DNA of 64,000 nucleotides from Candidatus Micrarchaeota archaeon (GTDB lineage Archaea; Micrarchaeota; Micrarchaeia; Anstonellales; Bilamarchaeaceae), in contig CAZKHX010000001.1 in NCBI GenBank assembly GCA_964552755.1, forward strand, positions 84,517 to 148,516. The letters are read 5' to 3'. The stretch's first letter is position 1. Each line of letters begins with the position of its first letter. Under the pieces are notes generated by a model. It searched no databases. It saw only the letters and a list, made by a program, of their open reading frames with translations, and was not told the DNA's origin. The translations under genes and the position numbers were made by a program. Of the stretch, positions 8,717 to 19,209 are shown one piece after another.

Positions 8717-9127
8717 ATGAAAGAAATATCAGTAATTGCCGAAGACCGGGTTGGGCTATTGGCCGATATCTCCTACATTTTGGGGAAGGCAAGGATAAAC
8801 ATAGACTCTATTGCGGTTTCCTCAGTTGGGGGGAAGGCCGTGCTCTGCTTCATGGTGAAGAATGCGGAGAAGGCGACCAAGACGCTTGAGAGCAACGGCT
8901 TCAAGGTCAGCGAGGCGAACATGGTTTTCCTCAAGATTGAGGACAGGCCGGGGGCGCTTTCGGAAGTCGCAAAGAAGCTCGCGGACAACAAGATAAACGT
9001 GGACAACCTGTACCTTGTGTCCAAGGACGGCAAGAGCTCAATCGTGGGCGTGTCCGTTTCGAGGCCAAGGAAGGCAAAGAAGCTGCTTTCCGAGTTCCTC
9101 ATAGAAAATGTGGACACCCACTACTAG
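8717..9127 (+). CDS. Tandem ACT-domain protein
   Basis: Two ACT motifs: EDRVGLLADIS...INIDSI and EDRPGALSEVA...INVDNL. GGAGG upstream. Confidence 0.85.
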   Translation: MKEISVIAEDRVGLLADISYILGKARINIDSIAVSSVGGKAVLCFMVKNAEKATKTLESNGFKVSEANMVFLKIEDRPGALSEVAKKLADNKINVDNLYLVSKDGKSSIVGVSVSRPRKAKKLLSEFLIENVDTHY

Positions 9128-10113
9128 AGGTCCATTTCCAATTCCTTTTTCTTTTTATCGAGCATCCAGCCTTTTTCCTTTGCAAGCCCTTCAACCGCGG
9201 AAAGCCCGCCTTCCCTGTAAAGCTGCAGCACCTGCTCCACTTCGGCATACTTTTCGTAAATCAGGTCCCCCTTTGCCTTTGCCTCCTTCTCCTCGCGCGC
9301 AAGCTCCACAAGCCGCCCCTCCTGCCGCTTCAGCAGCGCAAGGCGCTTCCCCTCCCCCTCATCTCCCGCCTCTCCCACAGAGGGCGGGCCGAATGCCTCA
9401 TCCAAGGCTTCGGAAAGAGAGCCTTTTGCTTCCCCTTCGCCATAAAGGGAATAGCCGCCTTCAAACACTACTGGCTTTAGGCCCCCAAGCAATTCCCCGT
9501 ATGCCGCCCTGAGGGCAATTATCTCCTTGGGGGAAAGCTCCCCGACCGGCCTTTTCTCTTCAATCCCCGCCAAGGAAAGAATCTTCTTCACATAGTCGAT
9601 GCCGATGTTCAGGGGCACGAGCGCAGCGGCAATCCGCTTGTCGCCTCCCCCGGCAAGCACTTCGTCAAGGGTTTTCTCAGAAGAGGGCGGAAATGCATGC
9701 TCTTTCCCGGGGAAGAGCTCGCGGCCCTTCCAGCTCCTCCGCTCGTAAACAGCGGTTATCTTCCCGCTTTCAACGAGCATGAGGTTCCCGGAGCTGAACA
9801 TCTCCGCGATGAGTTCCTTCCCGCCGAAATCGAATATCACGATGCGGTCCTTGCCCTTCTGCACCAGGGAGGAGAGCTTCCTCCCCTTCAGCTCCTTCCT
9901 TGCTTTCTGCGCAAAGCCGCGCGGCTCCCCGGCTTCCTCAAGGTATTTCGTGAGGTGCAGGCGCTGCCCCAGGACAATGAGCAGGTGGTCCTTGCCGAAC
10001 TTCAGCCTGAAGCGGCCCGGCCCCAATTCATGGAACTTGTCGAGCCGCCGGCCCACCAGCGGCTGGAGCTCCTGCACAATGTACGTGTATTCGAGGTTTG
10101 CCATGCCGCGCAT
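9124..10113 (-). CDS. NFACT-N / Rqc2(RqcH)-like protein, C-terminally short
   Basis: LEYTYIVQELQPLVGRRLDK, DRIVIFDF...LIAEMFSSGNLML and GIDYVKKIL (HhH-like), followed by coiled coil. Ends at ~330 aa. Confidence 0.75.
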   Translation of the reverse strand: MRGMANLEYTYIVQELQPLVGRRLDKFHELGPGRFRLKFGKDHLLIVLGQRLHLTKYLEEAGEPRGFAQKARKELKGRKLSSLVQKGKDRIVIFDFGGKELIAEMFSSGNLMLVESGKITAVYERRSWKGRELFPGKEHAFPPSSEKTLDEVLAGGGDKRIAAALVPLNIGIDYVKKILSLAGIEEKRPVGELSPKEIIALRAAYGELLGGLKPVVFEGGYSLYGEGEAKGSLSEALDEAFGPPSVGEAGDEGEGKRLALLKRQEGRLVELAREEKEAKAKGDLIYEKYAEVEQVLQLYREGGLSAVEGLAKEKGWMLDKKKKELEMDL

Positions 10114-10215
10114 TGGCTTGAATAGGGGCAATTGCGAATAAAAACCCTTTCTAGTGCAGATTAGCGGAAATTATTGTGTATTTATAAGCATTTTTCGCCA
10201 CATATTAATATCGCT

Positions 10216-11097
10216 ATGACAAGGGGCGGAGAAAAGAAAGATACTCCGGACATGTGCAAAAGGGCACGAGTCAGCCGGCCCACAAGTTCTGATATCGCAA
10301 AAGTGAAGGCGCAGAGGAGGATGCTTGATGGCGTGCCTTCGCTGGGAGGCCCCACGCTCCCGAAGATAGCAAACGTGAGGATAGGGGAAGACCGGGAAAT
10401 GGTCGACCTTGACAAGTATTTCGGCTTTCTGGAGGAGGACGCCCGGGCAAGGGTGGTTGGCTTTATCTGCGGGTATGAAAATGAGCTGCAGAAGGAAAGC
10501 GCAACTACTGCGCTGGCGGCAATACTGCAGAATGCCAGGGACCCGGAAGTGTTTTGGGCACTGTTCATGGCGGCGGAAGCCATTTTCCCGCTGAAGGACG
10601 GGGATTCAGGCTCGCTGAAGCTCCTTGACAAGGCGGTGCCGCGCGCGGCGGACAAGGGCATGCACGACCCCATCCTGTGCACGGTGGGCCATTTCCGCAC
10701 CCAGGAATTTGCCGAGGCGCACGAAATAATCGCGGCAGCCCCTAATGCGGGGATACACTTCCCATCCACAATGTTCAAGATGGGCATCTACCTCGGGGGC
10801 GACAAGCTCGAGGAAATAACCAATACCATAGTCATGCTGCGCGAGCTGAGCCCGGGCCCGGCGATACTCCTTGCCCCGATGTACCTTGGCTACAGGAGCT
10901 CCCTAGAGGCAATTGTGAAAAACAGGATTGACCCGGAACTGGTTTCCCTGATTTCGGATACTGCAATATCGCTAAAGGACAGGGGGAAGGGCGATGAGTA
11001 CATAACCAGCGAATTCCTGGACATCATTGCCGGCAAGGCGGCAAGCGGCAACGCCGGCCAAATCAGGCATGAATGCGCTATGCAGATGGAAGAGTAG
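10216..11097 (+). CDS. Hypothetical protein
   Basis: Clean ORF with a TATA-like tttataa upstream; basic disordered N-terminus followed by a helical body. No recognised motif. Confidence 0.7.
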   Translation: MTRGGEKKDTPDMCKRARVSRPTSSDIAKVKAQRRMLDGVPSLGGPTLPKIANVRIGEDREMVDLDKYFGFLEEDARARVVGFICGYENELQKESATTALAAILQNARDPEVFWALFMAAEAIFPLKDGDSGSLKLLDKAVPRAADKGMHDPILCTVGHFRTQEFAEAHEIIAAAPNAGIHFPSTMFKMGIYLGGDKLEEITNTIVMLRELSPGPAILLAPMYLGYRSSLEAIVKNRIDPELVSLISDTAISLKDRGKGDEYITSEFLDIIAGKAASGNAGQIRHECAMQMEE

Positions 11098-11142
11098 CGC
11101 ATCCCCCTCAGGAATATAAGCTTTGCCTTCTTATTTGCATGC

Positions 11143-11850
11143 ATGAGGTTTGCGGCAGTATTGCTATTCGCATTCCTGACTTTTGCTTTGCATGCCGCGA
11201 ACCAGACTACCGGCGGGGATATAGACATCAGCGAAGCTGCGGACGCCTCTGTTTTCAACGAAAGCAGGTATGAGGATATGCGCGTTGTGGACAGCCGGCC
11301 GGTGGAAGAGGGCAATATAACCCCCATGGACCTCGACGGGAACACCTCCACGGAAAAATGGGCGGGCTTCTACGGAAACATAACCGGCAAGCTTGTGCTC
11401 GGCTTTGACGAGTCCCGGCTGCAGTACAACTGGACATGGTCGCCTTCTGCTGTGGGCGCGGTGTGCGTTTCAACCAACTCCACGCTTTCGCCAAGGCCGT
11501 TCGTATATGCCGCGCCGGCCACGGATGTGGACACCGCCTGGGGCTTCGACCCTGCGGATTCGGACTCCGGGCTGAACACGTTCAACGAGTCGGGGTGCAA
11601 CATGACGATTGGCTCAAGCTTCGTGGAGGGTGCGGACTATTCATGGACCGGCTCAACGCATACTTTTGCCACGTGCGCGATGCGCCTCACCACAACCGTG
11701 GCATCAAAGGGCCAGATGCTCTTCTGCAGCAACATAACGCATGGCGGCACGCTCTTCAACGGGGAAACCGGCGATTTCGAAATACTGGCGCCGACCAGCC
11801 AGAACCCGGCAACCTATGAAACGTACTATTTCTACATCCACCTTACCTGA
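11143..11850 (+). CDS. Secreted beta-rich hypothetical protein (WAGFYGN motif)
   Basis: Signal peptide MRFAAVLLFAFLTFALHA, several N-x-S/T sequons, Cys residues and an aromatic C-terminus YYFYIHLT. Confidence 0.75.
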   Translation: MRFAAVLLFAFLTFALHAANQTTGGDIDISEAADASVFNESRYEDMRVVDSRPVEEGNITPMDLDGNTSTEKWAGFYGNITGKLVLGFDESRLQYNWTWSPSAVGAVCVSTNSTLSPRPFVYAAPATDVDTAWGFDPADSDSGLNTFNESGCNMTIGSSFVEGADYSWTGSTHTFATCAMRLTTTVASKGQMLFCSNITHGGTLFNGETGDFEILAPTSQNPATYETYYFYIHLT

Positions 11851-11894
11851 AAACCCTTCCCCGTTTTATAGGTTTTCCCTTAATACCCCAACGC

Positions 11895-12854
11895 ATGGAT
11901 TTTCTCAGCATCCTCTCAAAAGAAGTGGGCGAAGCCGCGGCAGAGGAGATGATAGGCGAGAAGATACGCTCGTTCAGCGGCCTGCTTACCCGCGAGGCGG
12001 CCGCGAAACTCATCGCTTCCGAGAAGGGGCTCATAAAGGAGGAGTTCCTGCCCGCAGCCGCTGTGAGGCCCGGGGCGAACAGCGTGAACCTGAGGGGCAA
12101 GGTAGAGCGCATCCTTCCGCTGCAGCAGTACGCAAGCGGCAAGCGCTCCCGCATTTTCGTGCTCTCGGATGATACTGGGGAGGCGCAGGTACGGCTTTGG
12201 AATGAGGACACGGAGAAGCTGCGCAAATTGCACCTCGGGGACGAGGTGGAGGTGCGGGGCGCATACGAAAAGATGGGCTCGCTCAACCTCGGATATCGCG
12301 GCTCCATGAAGACGGTTTCGGGAGCGAAGTTCCTGCCGCCTTCCGCGCTCGGGAAGGGCCGCGCGAACTGCACCGGGAAAATTGCCAGAGTTAACGGCTA
12401 TGTTGCTGCGGGAGAAGGGAAACGCTTCTCCATTTCAATTTCAGATGATGAGAAAACGGTCACGGCGCTTCTTCCGGAGGGCTCGAAAAAGGGGGATGCG
12501 GTCTCAGAAGGCGACGGCGTGATAATCGAGGGCGCGCATTTTGACGGCGAAACGCTCTCCCTGGACGGGCATTCGCGCATATTCCTCAGGAAGGTCTCCC
12601 CGAACATATTCCGCGGCCCGCTGGAAAACGTCGGGAAGAAAGGCGATGAATGGGCCATTACAGTTGGCGGGAGGGAGTTCCCCACCGGCAAGGGGGCCCT
12701 AACGAAACTTTTAAATCTGGAAGGGCTAAAGGAAGACATTGACCTTGGCAGCGCGGTTTCCGCGAAGCTCCCCGGCCTGAAGGGGAAAAACGTGATGGTT
12801 GTTTTTGAGGAGAACGAAGGGGGCGCCCGCGTGCAGGAGGCAACAATACGGTGA
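11895..12854 (+). CDS. rpa: Replication protein A / OB-fold ssDNA-binding protein
   Basis: N-terminal [19 protein letters not shown], followed by OB folds ([10 protein letters not shown]...[15 protein letters not shown]). Confidence 0.8.
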   Translation: MDFLSILSKEVGEAAAEEMIGEKIRSFSGLLTREAAAKLIASEKGLIKEEFLPAAAVRPGANSVNLRGKVERILPLQQYASGKRSRIFVLSDDTGEAQVRLWNEDTEKLRKLHLGDEVEVRGAYEKMGSLNLGYRGSMKTVSGAKFLPPSALGKGRANCTGKIARVNGYVAAGEGKRFSISISDDEKTVTALLPEGSKKGDAVSEGDGVIIEGAHFDGETLSLDGHSRIFLRKVSPNIFRGPLENVGKKGDEWAITVGGREFPTGKGALTKLLNLEGLKEDIDLGSAVSAKLPGLKGKNVMVVFEENEGGARVQEATIR

Positions 12855-12858
12855 TTGT

Positions 12859-15021
12859 TTGAAGGAACAGAAGACAATTTTGCTTAAGGTTTCAGAGGCG
12901 ATGCGCACGGATGCAGGCAGGGGCATTGCGCGGCTGGATTCAAAGGCAAGGGATGAGCTCGGCCTTGAGACAGGCGACATAGTGAAGCTCGCCGGCAAGA
13001 AAGTGGCATACGCGCTCGTGTGGCCCGCCCATCCCTCGGATGAAGGGCAGGAAATCATACGGATAGACGGAATACTCAGGCAGAATACCGGGGTTGGGCT
13101 TGGCGACAAGGTGCGCGTTGCAAAGGGCGAGGCGAAGCCCGCGAAAAAGGTTACGTTTGCGCCGCTGCAGCGAGTTCACCTTTATGGGGGGTTTGAGCAG
13201 TACCTGAAGAACAAGCTCGCGGGGAAACCCATTGCAAAGGGCAACATCCTGCAGTTTGGGGTGTTCGGCACCGCAGTGCCGCTCGTAGTCACCGCGACCA
13301 GCCCCAGCGGCGGGGTGGTGATAAGCGAATCGACCGAAGTTTCGCTCCGGGACTCTCCGGCCGCCGCAGAGGAGGCGACCGCAGTCCCCACAGTTACCTA
13401 TGACGACATTGGGGGGCTGGGGGAGACGATACAGAAAGTCCGCGAGATGGTGGAGTTGCCGCTCAGGCACCCCGAGCTTTTTGAAAAGCTCGGGATTGAG
13501 CCGCCCAAAGGCGTGCTCCTCTACGGCCCGCCCGGCACGGGGAAGACGCTGCTGGCGAAGGCGGTTGCAAACGAGAGCGACGCGAACTTCCACTATATAG
13601 GGGGCCCGGAAGTGGTGAGCAAGTTCGTGGGCGAGAGCGAACAGAGGATAAGGGACATATTCAAGCAGGCGCAGGAGAATGCGCCATCCATAATCTTCAT
13701 TGACGAATTGGATGCGATTGCGCCAAAGAGGGAGGAGGTTACGGGCGAGGTTGAGCGCAGGATGGTGAGCCAGCTGCTCACGCTCATGGACGGGATGAAA
13801 TCCAGAGGCGAAGTGATTGTTATCGGCGCGACCAACCGCGTGGACTCCATCGACCAGGCGCTCCGCAGGCCAGGCAGGTTCGACCGCGAAATAGAAATCG
13901 GCGTGCCGGACCGCGTGGGCAGGAAGGAGATACTGCAGATACACGTGCGCAACATGCCCCTTGCGGATGACGTGGACCTCGACCAGCTCGCGAACCTCAC
14001 GCACGGGTACACGGGCGCAGACATTTCCTCGCTCACTAGGGAAGCAGCGATAAAGGCGCTGCGCCGCTACCTCCCGAAAATCGACCTCGAGGCGGAGTTC
14101 ATCCCGCCGGAAATACTGGAGAACATAAAGGTAACCCGGGAGGACTTCTTCAATGCGCTCAGGGGCATCACGCCCTCCGCGCTCAGGGAGGTCTTTGTCG
14201 AGAAACCCAATGTGCACTGGAATGACGTGGGCGGCCTTGAGAAGGTGAAGGGCGAGATACGCGAGGCAATAGAGCTGCCGCTCGAAAAGCCGGACATTTT
14301 CGAGAAGATGGGAATAAGGCCGCTCAAGGGCATAATGATGTACGGCCCGCCCGGCACGGGGAAGACGCTGCTGGCGAAGGCGGTTGCTACCGAAAGCGAG
14401 GCGAATTTCATCGCGATAAGCGGGAGTGAGGTGCTCTCGAAATGGGTGGGCGAGTCGGAGAAGACGCTGCGCGAGCTTTTCAGGAAAGCAAGGCAGGCTG
14501 CTCCGTGCATCCTCTTCATAGACGAGATGGACGCGCTCGCGCCCATGAGGGGCTCGGGCTCCGGAGAAGGCACGCTTGTTGCCGAGCGGCTCGTGGACAC
14601 GCTGCTCACTGAGATGGACGGGCTGAAGGCGATGAAGAAGGTGGTGGTGCTCGGAGCTACCAACAGGCCGGACATGCTGGACAAGGCGCTCATGCGCGCG
14701 GGCCGCTTCGACCGCATAATAGAGATACCGTTGCCGGACTACAAGTCCAGAGTTGAGATATTCAAGGTGCACACCAAGAAGATGCCGCTGGACAAGGACG
14801 TGAAGCCCGAGCTGCTCGCGAAGCAGACCGAGAACTATTCCGGCGCGGACATAGAGAACGTATGCAGGGAGGCGGGGATGAATGCGATAAGGGACGGGAA
14901 AGCGACCGTATCGGCCGCGAACTTCGAGGCCGCGCTGAAGGCGATTTCCCCGCGCATAGTGAAATCCGACGTTGACAGCGTGAAGAAGTTCAAGAGCACT
15001 TATGAGCACATGTACAGGTGA
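12859..15021 (+). CDS. cdc48: CDC48/VAT AAA+ ATPase
   Basis: Two AAA modules (GPPGTGKT twice, FIDE, SRH ATNR). TTG start after a GGTGAT Shine-Dalgarno motif. Confidence 0.97.
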   Translation: MKEQKTILLKVSEAMRTDAGRGIARLDSKARDELGLETGDIVKLAGKKVAYALVWPAHPSDEGQEIIRIDGILRQNTGVGLGDKVRVAKGEAKPAKKVTFAPLQRVHLYGGFEQYLKNKLAGKPIAKGNILQFGVFGTAVPLVVTATSPSGGVVISESTEVSLRDSPAAAEEATAVPTVTYDDIGGLGETIQKVREMVELPLRHPELFEKLGIEPPKGVLLYGPPGTGKTLLAKAVANESDANFHYIGGPEVVSKFVGESEQRIRDIFKQAQENAPSIIFIDELDAIAPKREEVTGEVERRMVSQLLTLMDGMKSRGEVIVIGATNRVDSIDQALRRPGRFDREIEIGVPDRVGRKEILQIHVRNMPLADDVDLDQLANLTHGYTGADISSLTREAAIKALRRYLPKIDLEAEFIPPEILENIKVTREDFFNALRGITPSALREVFVEKPNVHWNDVGGLEKVKGEIREAIELPLEKPDIFEKMGIRPLKGIMMYGPPGTGKTLLAKAVATESEANFIAISGSEVLSKWVGESEKTLRELFRKARQAAPCILFIDEMDALAPMRGSGSGEGTLVAERLVDTLLTEMDGLKAMKKVVVLGATNRPDMLDKALMRAGRFDRIIEIPLPDYKSRVEIFKVHTKKMPLDKDVKPELLAKQTENYSGADIENVCREAGMNAIRDGKATVSAANFEAALKAISPRIVKSDVDSVKKFKSTYEHMYR

Positions 15022-15025
15022 GGGA

Positions 15026-15325
15026 ATGCTTGCGGTGAAGGGGGCAAAGGTTTTCGCATTGCTGTTTGCGATTTCCCTACTCTATTTTGCGCTCGGCCCG
15101 GAGACAGGCCTGCTCCTGCTCGCGAAGCTCCTCGCGCTCTCGCTGGGCGCATCCATAGTGTTCATGGTCGCATGGCCGCAGGCGAGGGGGATAAGGGAGG
15201 GCGACACGCTCATTGTGATGGGCGGGCCGTTTGCGGTGCTTTTTGGGCTTGGGGCGAAAGCCCTCAATGAGGCCCGCATGGGCGAAGAGGTGAAAGTGAA
15301 GCTTGTGTATGAGGTGGGCGAATGA
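15026..15325 (+). CDS. Small membrane protein
   Basis: Two hydrophobic segments and a small C-terminal domain; overlaps the next gene by ATGA. Confidence 0.65.
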   Translation: MLAVKGAKVFALLFAISLLYFALGPETGLLLLAKLLALSLGASIVFMVAWPQARGIREGDTLIVMGGPFAVLFGLGAKALNEARMGEEVKVKLVYEVGE

Positions 15326-15912
15326 GGTTCTACATAACAGACCGCGAGGCAAGGGAAATACTCATCTCAGTGCTTGCGATATCATTTGCATTGATGATTG
15401 CCGTTGCAGGGCTCGGGGTGCTCGGACACCCGTCCGATGCAGTGGTGCTCATGGCGTTCTTCATAGTGACTGTGGGAGTGGGCTTCATATTCCACGAGCT
15501 GGCGCACAAGTTCGTTGCGAACTTCTTCGGCGCCGCAGCGGAGTTCCGCATGTGGGTGCAGGGGCTGGTGTTCATGCTTTTCATCTCCCTGCTGGGGTTC
15601 GTCTTTGCGGCGCCGGGCGCGGTTTACATCTATTCCCCGCACCTCACAAGGAGGGAGAACGGGATAATTTCCGTTGCAGGGCCACTCACCAACCTCGTGC
15701 TTGCGCTGATATTCTTCGCGGTCGCGCTGCTCAGCCCGGTATATTTCCTGGGGATGAATGCATGGTACTGGGGCGCGAAAATCAACATATTCCTAGGGCT
15801 GTTCAACATGATCCCCATCTACCCGCTGGACGGAAGCAAGGTGCTTGCCTGGAACATATTCGCCTGGGGCATAGTCGCGGCAGTGCTGCTGGGGATGTTC
15901 GTTTTCTTGTGA
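15322..15912 (+). CDS. Site-2 protease (peptidase M50 family)
   Basis: HELAH zinc motif within a TM segment; AGP and NMIPIYPLDG motifs. Confidence 0.93.
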   Translation: MRFYITDREAREILISVLAISFALMIAVAGLGVLGHPSDAVVLMAFFIVTVGVGFIFHELAHKFVANFFGAAAEFRMWVQGLVFMLFISLLGFVFAAPGAVYIYSPHLTRRENGIISVAGPLTNLVLALIFFAVALLSPVYFLGMNAWYWGAKINIFLGLFNMIPIYPLDGSKVLAWNIFAWGIVAAVLLGMFVFL

Positions 15913-15978
15913 TTGCCCTTTTTGAGAAAAAGGGCCCAAAAACCATATATGCCTAAGCGGCCATTAACCTGTGATAAT

Positions 15979-16521
15979 ATGAGAGGGGCTGAAGCGGTGC
16001 TTGTGCCGGAGGAATTCCTCGGGAAGGAAATGCTCAGAAAGGACCGCATGAGGAAATCCTACCGGCTGCCGGAACTGGACAAGCGGCTGCGCAGGGAGCG
16101 CACCCGCAGGGAGGCGCGCCTCCTGCACAAGGCGAAACTCGCGGGCGTTTCCGCACCCATCGTTTACGAAGTCACTGATTACACATTGCTCATTACGCGC
16201 ATCCGGGGGCGGAAGCTCTCAGAAAAGCCCGCGGAGCTCCGGGAAGCGGGGAGGGTGCTTGCAAAGCTCCACGATGCGGGGATAATACACGGGGATTTTA
16301 CGCCATACAATATAATTGTGGGCAGGGAAGGGCTGCATGCGATAGATTTCGGCTTGGGCTTTTTCTCGCGGAAAATTGAGGACCAGGCAGTGGACCTGAT
16401 TACCATGCTGAAGTCCCTGAGGAAAAAGGATGAATTCCTGAAAGGCTACCGCCGGTGCAAGAACTATCCAAAAGTGATGGAAAAAGCTGAAGAGATACGG
16501 AAGAGGGCGCGCTACCAATAG
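15979..16521 (+). CDS. bud32: KEOPS kinase Bud32
   Basis: GAEA, KSYRLPELD, RTRREARLL, IIHGDFTPYNI and IDFGLG motifs. Confidence 0.92.
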   Translation: MRGAEAVLVPEEFLGKEMLRKDRMRKSYRLPELDKRLRRERTRREARLLHKAKLAGVSAPIVYEVTDYTLLITRIRGRKLSEKPAELREAGRVLAKLHDAGIIHGDFTPYNIIVGREGLHAIDFGLGFFSRKIEDQAVDLITMLKSLRKKDEFLKGYRRCKNYPKVMEKAEEIRKRARYQ

Positions 16522-16552
16522 GATTTTAAAGCGCCCCAGCGCAATTTTATAC

Positions 16553-16813
16553 GGATGGGCTAGGCGGGGGCCAGGGGTCCCCATCCTGCAAATCCCCTTT
16601 AGGCAGGCTGAACGCCCGGGGCGTTGCCTGTTTTTTCGATGCCTTTCGTTGTAAGCGTCGAAGCCTTCCCTTCTAGGTTGGCTAAACCGTGCGAACCGGG
16701 TCAGGCCGGAAGGAGCAGCCCTAAGCGCGTTTTGCCAAGCTTAGGAGCAAGGAGGTGGAGCTGAAAGCGGAAGCTCCTTCGGGAAGACAGATGGCAATCC
16801 GGGAAGCCCATCC
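16553..16813 (+). ncRNA. ffs: Signal recognition particle RNA (7S-type, ~261 nt)
   Basis: Terminal helix GGATGGGCT/AGCCCATCC, Alu-like 5' domain and helix 8 GAACC-GGG-TCAGG-CC-GGAA-GG-AGCAG-CCC-TAAG. TATA TTTTAAA at 16524-16530. Confidence 0.92.
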
Positions 16814-16844
16814 ACCTTATAACCTTTCACGGAGTTGGAAGACC

Positions 16845-17495
16845 ATGAATGCCAAGCTCAACGCATGCAAAGGCGCGATGGAGCACGTAAAGGACGGGAT
16901 GGTCCTCGGGCTCGGGAGCGGCAGCACCGTTGCCTATTTCATAGACCTCATTGGGGAGGAGATGAAGAAGGGCAAGAAATTCGTTTCCGTCGCGACCTCC
17001 TTTGACACGGAGATGCTTGCAAAAAAGAATGGGATTCCAATAGTCTCCCTGGACATGGTGAAGAAGATTGACCTGGCGGTGGACGGCGCGGACATCGTGA
17101 AGGACCACCACGTGCTGAAGGGCGGCGGCGGGGCGCTCGCCCGCGAGAAGGTGGTCGGCTATTTTGCGGACAAGCTCATAATCGTGATAGATGGGAGCAA
17201 GCTGAAGCTGGAATCCTACCCGATTGTGGTTGAGGTGCTGCCTTTCTCCTATTCCCTGGTGATGAAGCAGCTGGAAGGGATGGGGGCGAAGCCCGTGCTC
17301 CGCACAGGCGGGAAGAAGGTCGGGCCGGTTGTTTCGGACAACGGCAACTTCCTCATAGACGCGGAGATGGAAATCAACGATGCGAAAAAGCTGGAAATAG
17401 AGCTCAACCAGATCCCAGGCGTAGTGGAGAACGGCATCTTCACCAAATTCTCAAAGATAATCGTCGGTGACGAAAAGGGGCACAAGGAACTTTGA
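16845..17495 (+). CDS. rpiA: Ribose-5-phosphate isomerase A
   Basis: GLGSGST, DLAVDGAD and KGGGGALAREK motifs. Confidence 0.95.
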   Translation: MNAKLNACKGAMEHVKDGMVLGLGSGSTVAYFIDLIGEEMKKGKKFVSVATSFDTEMLAKKNGIPIVSLDMVKKIDLAVDGADIVKDHHVLKGGGGALAREKVVGYFADKLIIVIDGSKLKLESYPIVVEVLPFSYSLVMKQLEGMGAKPVLRTGGKKVGPVVSDNGNFLIDAEMEINDAKKLEIELNQIPGVVENGIFTKFSKIIVGDEKGHKEL

Positions 17496-17524
17496 ATTCG
17501 AATTCATGTAACATGGTTACATGC

Positions 17525-18682
17525 CTAATCCTTCACCAAAAATGCCATGGCAAACGCGGCGCCAAGCCCAATCACCGCGGAAATCAGCAGCGGAAGGTGC
17601 GCACCAAGCACATAAGTCTCCCAGAGCAGCCCGGCAAACAAATTCGCAGGGAGGAACAGCATCCCAGTAAGCCCTTCATAGGTTCCAATGGCGCTGCCGA
17701 ACCTGCTGGGCACCACCGTATCCACGACAAATGTGCGCGGCCCGGTTTTCATTATCGCCATGAATATCCCGAGCAGCGCGAAAAGAACCAGCACCGCGGC
17801 CATCCCGGAAGCAAATGCAAATGCGGCGCACCCCGCGGCAAACAAGAGATAGGCAAGCGCCAGCATCTTCCGCGGCCCGAACTTGTCCGCAAGCATCCCC
17901 GCAGGCAGCGCGGCCGCGGTATATGCCGCATTATATGCTATATATGCAATCGGCACCATGATGAGCGTGAGCAGCTCATTCGCGCGCAAAATAAAGAAGG
18001 AAATCCCAATCTGCCCTATGGAGAAAACAGCGGCAACGTAAAGGAAGGACTTGAATTTCGGGGAAAGGCCGTCCCATCGCTCTTTCCTCTCCTCCGGAGC
18101 CTTCTTCTCATGCACGAAGAAAAGCACAAGCACCGCAAGGAACGCAGGCACGACCGCAACGAGGAATATAGTGCGGTACATCTCCCCGGGCTCCCAGCCT
18201 TCCATGAGCACAAGCATGCCCGCAAGCACCAGTGGCCCAAGGATCGCGCCTGCGGAATCCAGCATCTTCCTGAACCCGTATGCGCGGCCGACGTGCTTCC
18301 TATCCTCGGAAAACCCTATGAGCACGTCGCGCGGCACGTCCCTTATGCCCTTGCCCGCGCGCTCTACTACCTTCGCTACTAGGAACTGCTGCCACGTGGC
18401 GACGAATGCGAAGATTACCTTCATCAGGGCGGACAGCCCGTACCCGCCCATCACGAGCGGCTTCTTCTTACGCACGTCCGCCATCCGGCCGGAAATATAC
18501 TTGAATACCGCAACCGTGATTTCGCTGAGCCCCTCCATGAGCCCGACCACAAACGCGCCCGCCCCTAGGAAAACGGTAAGGAAAATGGGCACTATGGGCA
18601 CGAGCATCTCGCTGGAAAGGTCGGTGAGGAAGCTGGCAATCCCGAATACCTTGGTGTTCCGCGAAACCCCCTTGTCCTCCAT
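17525..18682 (-). CDS. MFS transporter
   Basis: About 12 hydrophobic segments; GRMADVRKKK and GMLADKFGPRK (MFS motif A); ERAGKGIRDVPRD. Confidence 0.92.
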   Translation of the reverse strand: MEDKGVSRNTKVFGIASFLTDLSSEMLVPIVPIFLTVFLGAGAFVVGLMEGLSEITVAVFKYISGRMADVRKKKPLVMGGYGLSALMKVIFAFVATWQQFLVAKVVERAGKGIRDVPRDVLIGFSEDRKHVGRAYGFRKMLDSAGAILGPLVLAGMLVLMEGWEPGEMYRTIFLVAVVPAFLAVLVLFFVHEKKAPEERKERWDGLSPKFKSFLYVAAVFSIGQIGISFFILRANELLTLIMVPIAYIAYNAAYTAAALPAGMLADKFGPRKMLALAYLLFAAGCAAFAFASGMAAVLVLFALLGIFMAIMKTGPRTFVVDTVVPSRFGSAIGTYEGLTGMLFLPANLFAGLLWETYVLGAHLPLLISAVIGLGAAFAMAFLVKD

Positions 18683-18720
18683 TGCATCAGCTTTTTAATT
18701 TGGCCGCGCGATATGCGGGC

Positions 18721-19209
18721 ATGGCCAGGCTCAAGCAGGATTTGCGAAGAATGCTTAAAAAACCGCTGGGCAAAGTCGCAACGGTAAAGGCGCACCTGAA
18801 AACGCTGAAAGGCAAGAAAATAGTCGCGGTGGGCGATGAGACAGTGCTGAAAATGCTTGAGCTGGGGAAGAGGCCCCATGTCGCGGTATTCGACTTCAAG
18901 GTAAAAAGGAAGAAGATAGCAAAGGAAAAGGAGCAAAAGCTGCGCAGGGCATTTCCGAAAATGCTTGAGCTGCGCAACCCCAAGGGCACGATTTCAAAAC
19001 GTCTCATGCTTCTTGCGCCGGAAATACTCATGAAGGGGTGGGCGGTGAAGATAAGCGGCGAGGAAGACCTCGCGGCCATACCCCTCATCGTTTTCTCAGA
19101 CAGGAAAACTGCAGTGCTCTATGGCCAGCCGAGCAAGGGCTGCGTACTGGTGGGGGAGAAAGGAAAACAAATGGCGGAAAAAGCCCTTGGCTCAGTTTTT
19201 TCCGATTGA
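18721..19209 (+). CDS. GTP-dependent dephospho-CoA kinase (DUF359)
   Basis: LKKPLG, VGDETV, NPKGTI, GEEDLA and YGQP motifs. Confidence 0.85.
   Translation: MARLKQDLRRMLKKPLGKVATVKAHLKTLKGKKIVAVGDETVLKMLELGKRPHVAVFDFKVKRKKIAKEKEQKLRRAFPKMLELRNPKGTISKRLMLLAPEILMKGWAVKISGEEDLAAIPLIVFSDRKTAVLYGQPSKGCVLVGEKGKQMAEKALGSVFSD

Noticed and set aside
12940-15009. 689-aa antisense ORF over cdc48; similar long shadows at 23304-25157, 50234-51421, 52692-53675 and 54429-56003
   Set aside because: They lie fully opposite well-supported genes, have no motifs, and are expected from high GC3 codon bias, which depletes antisense stops.
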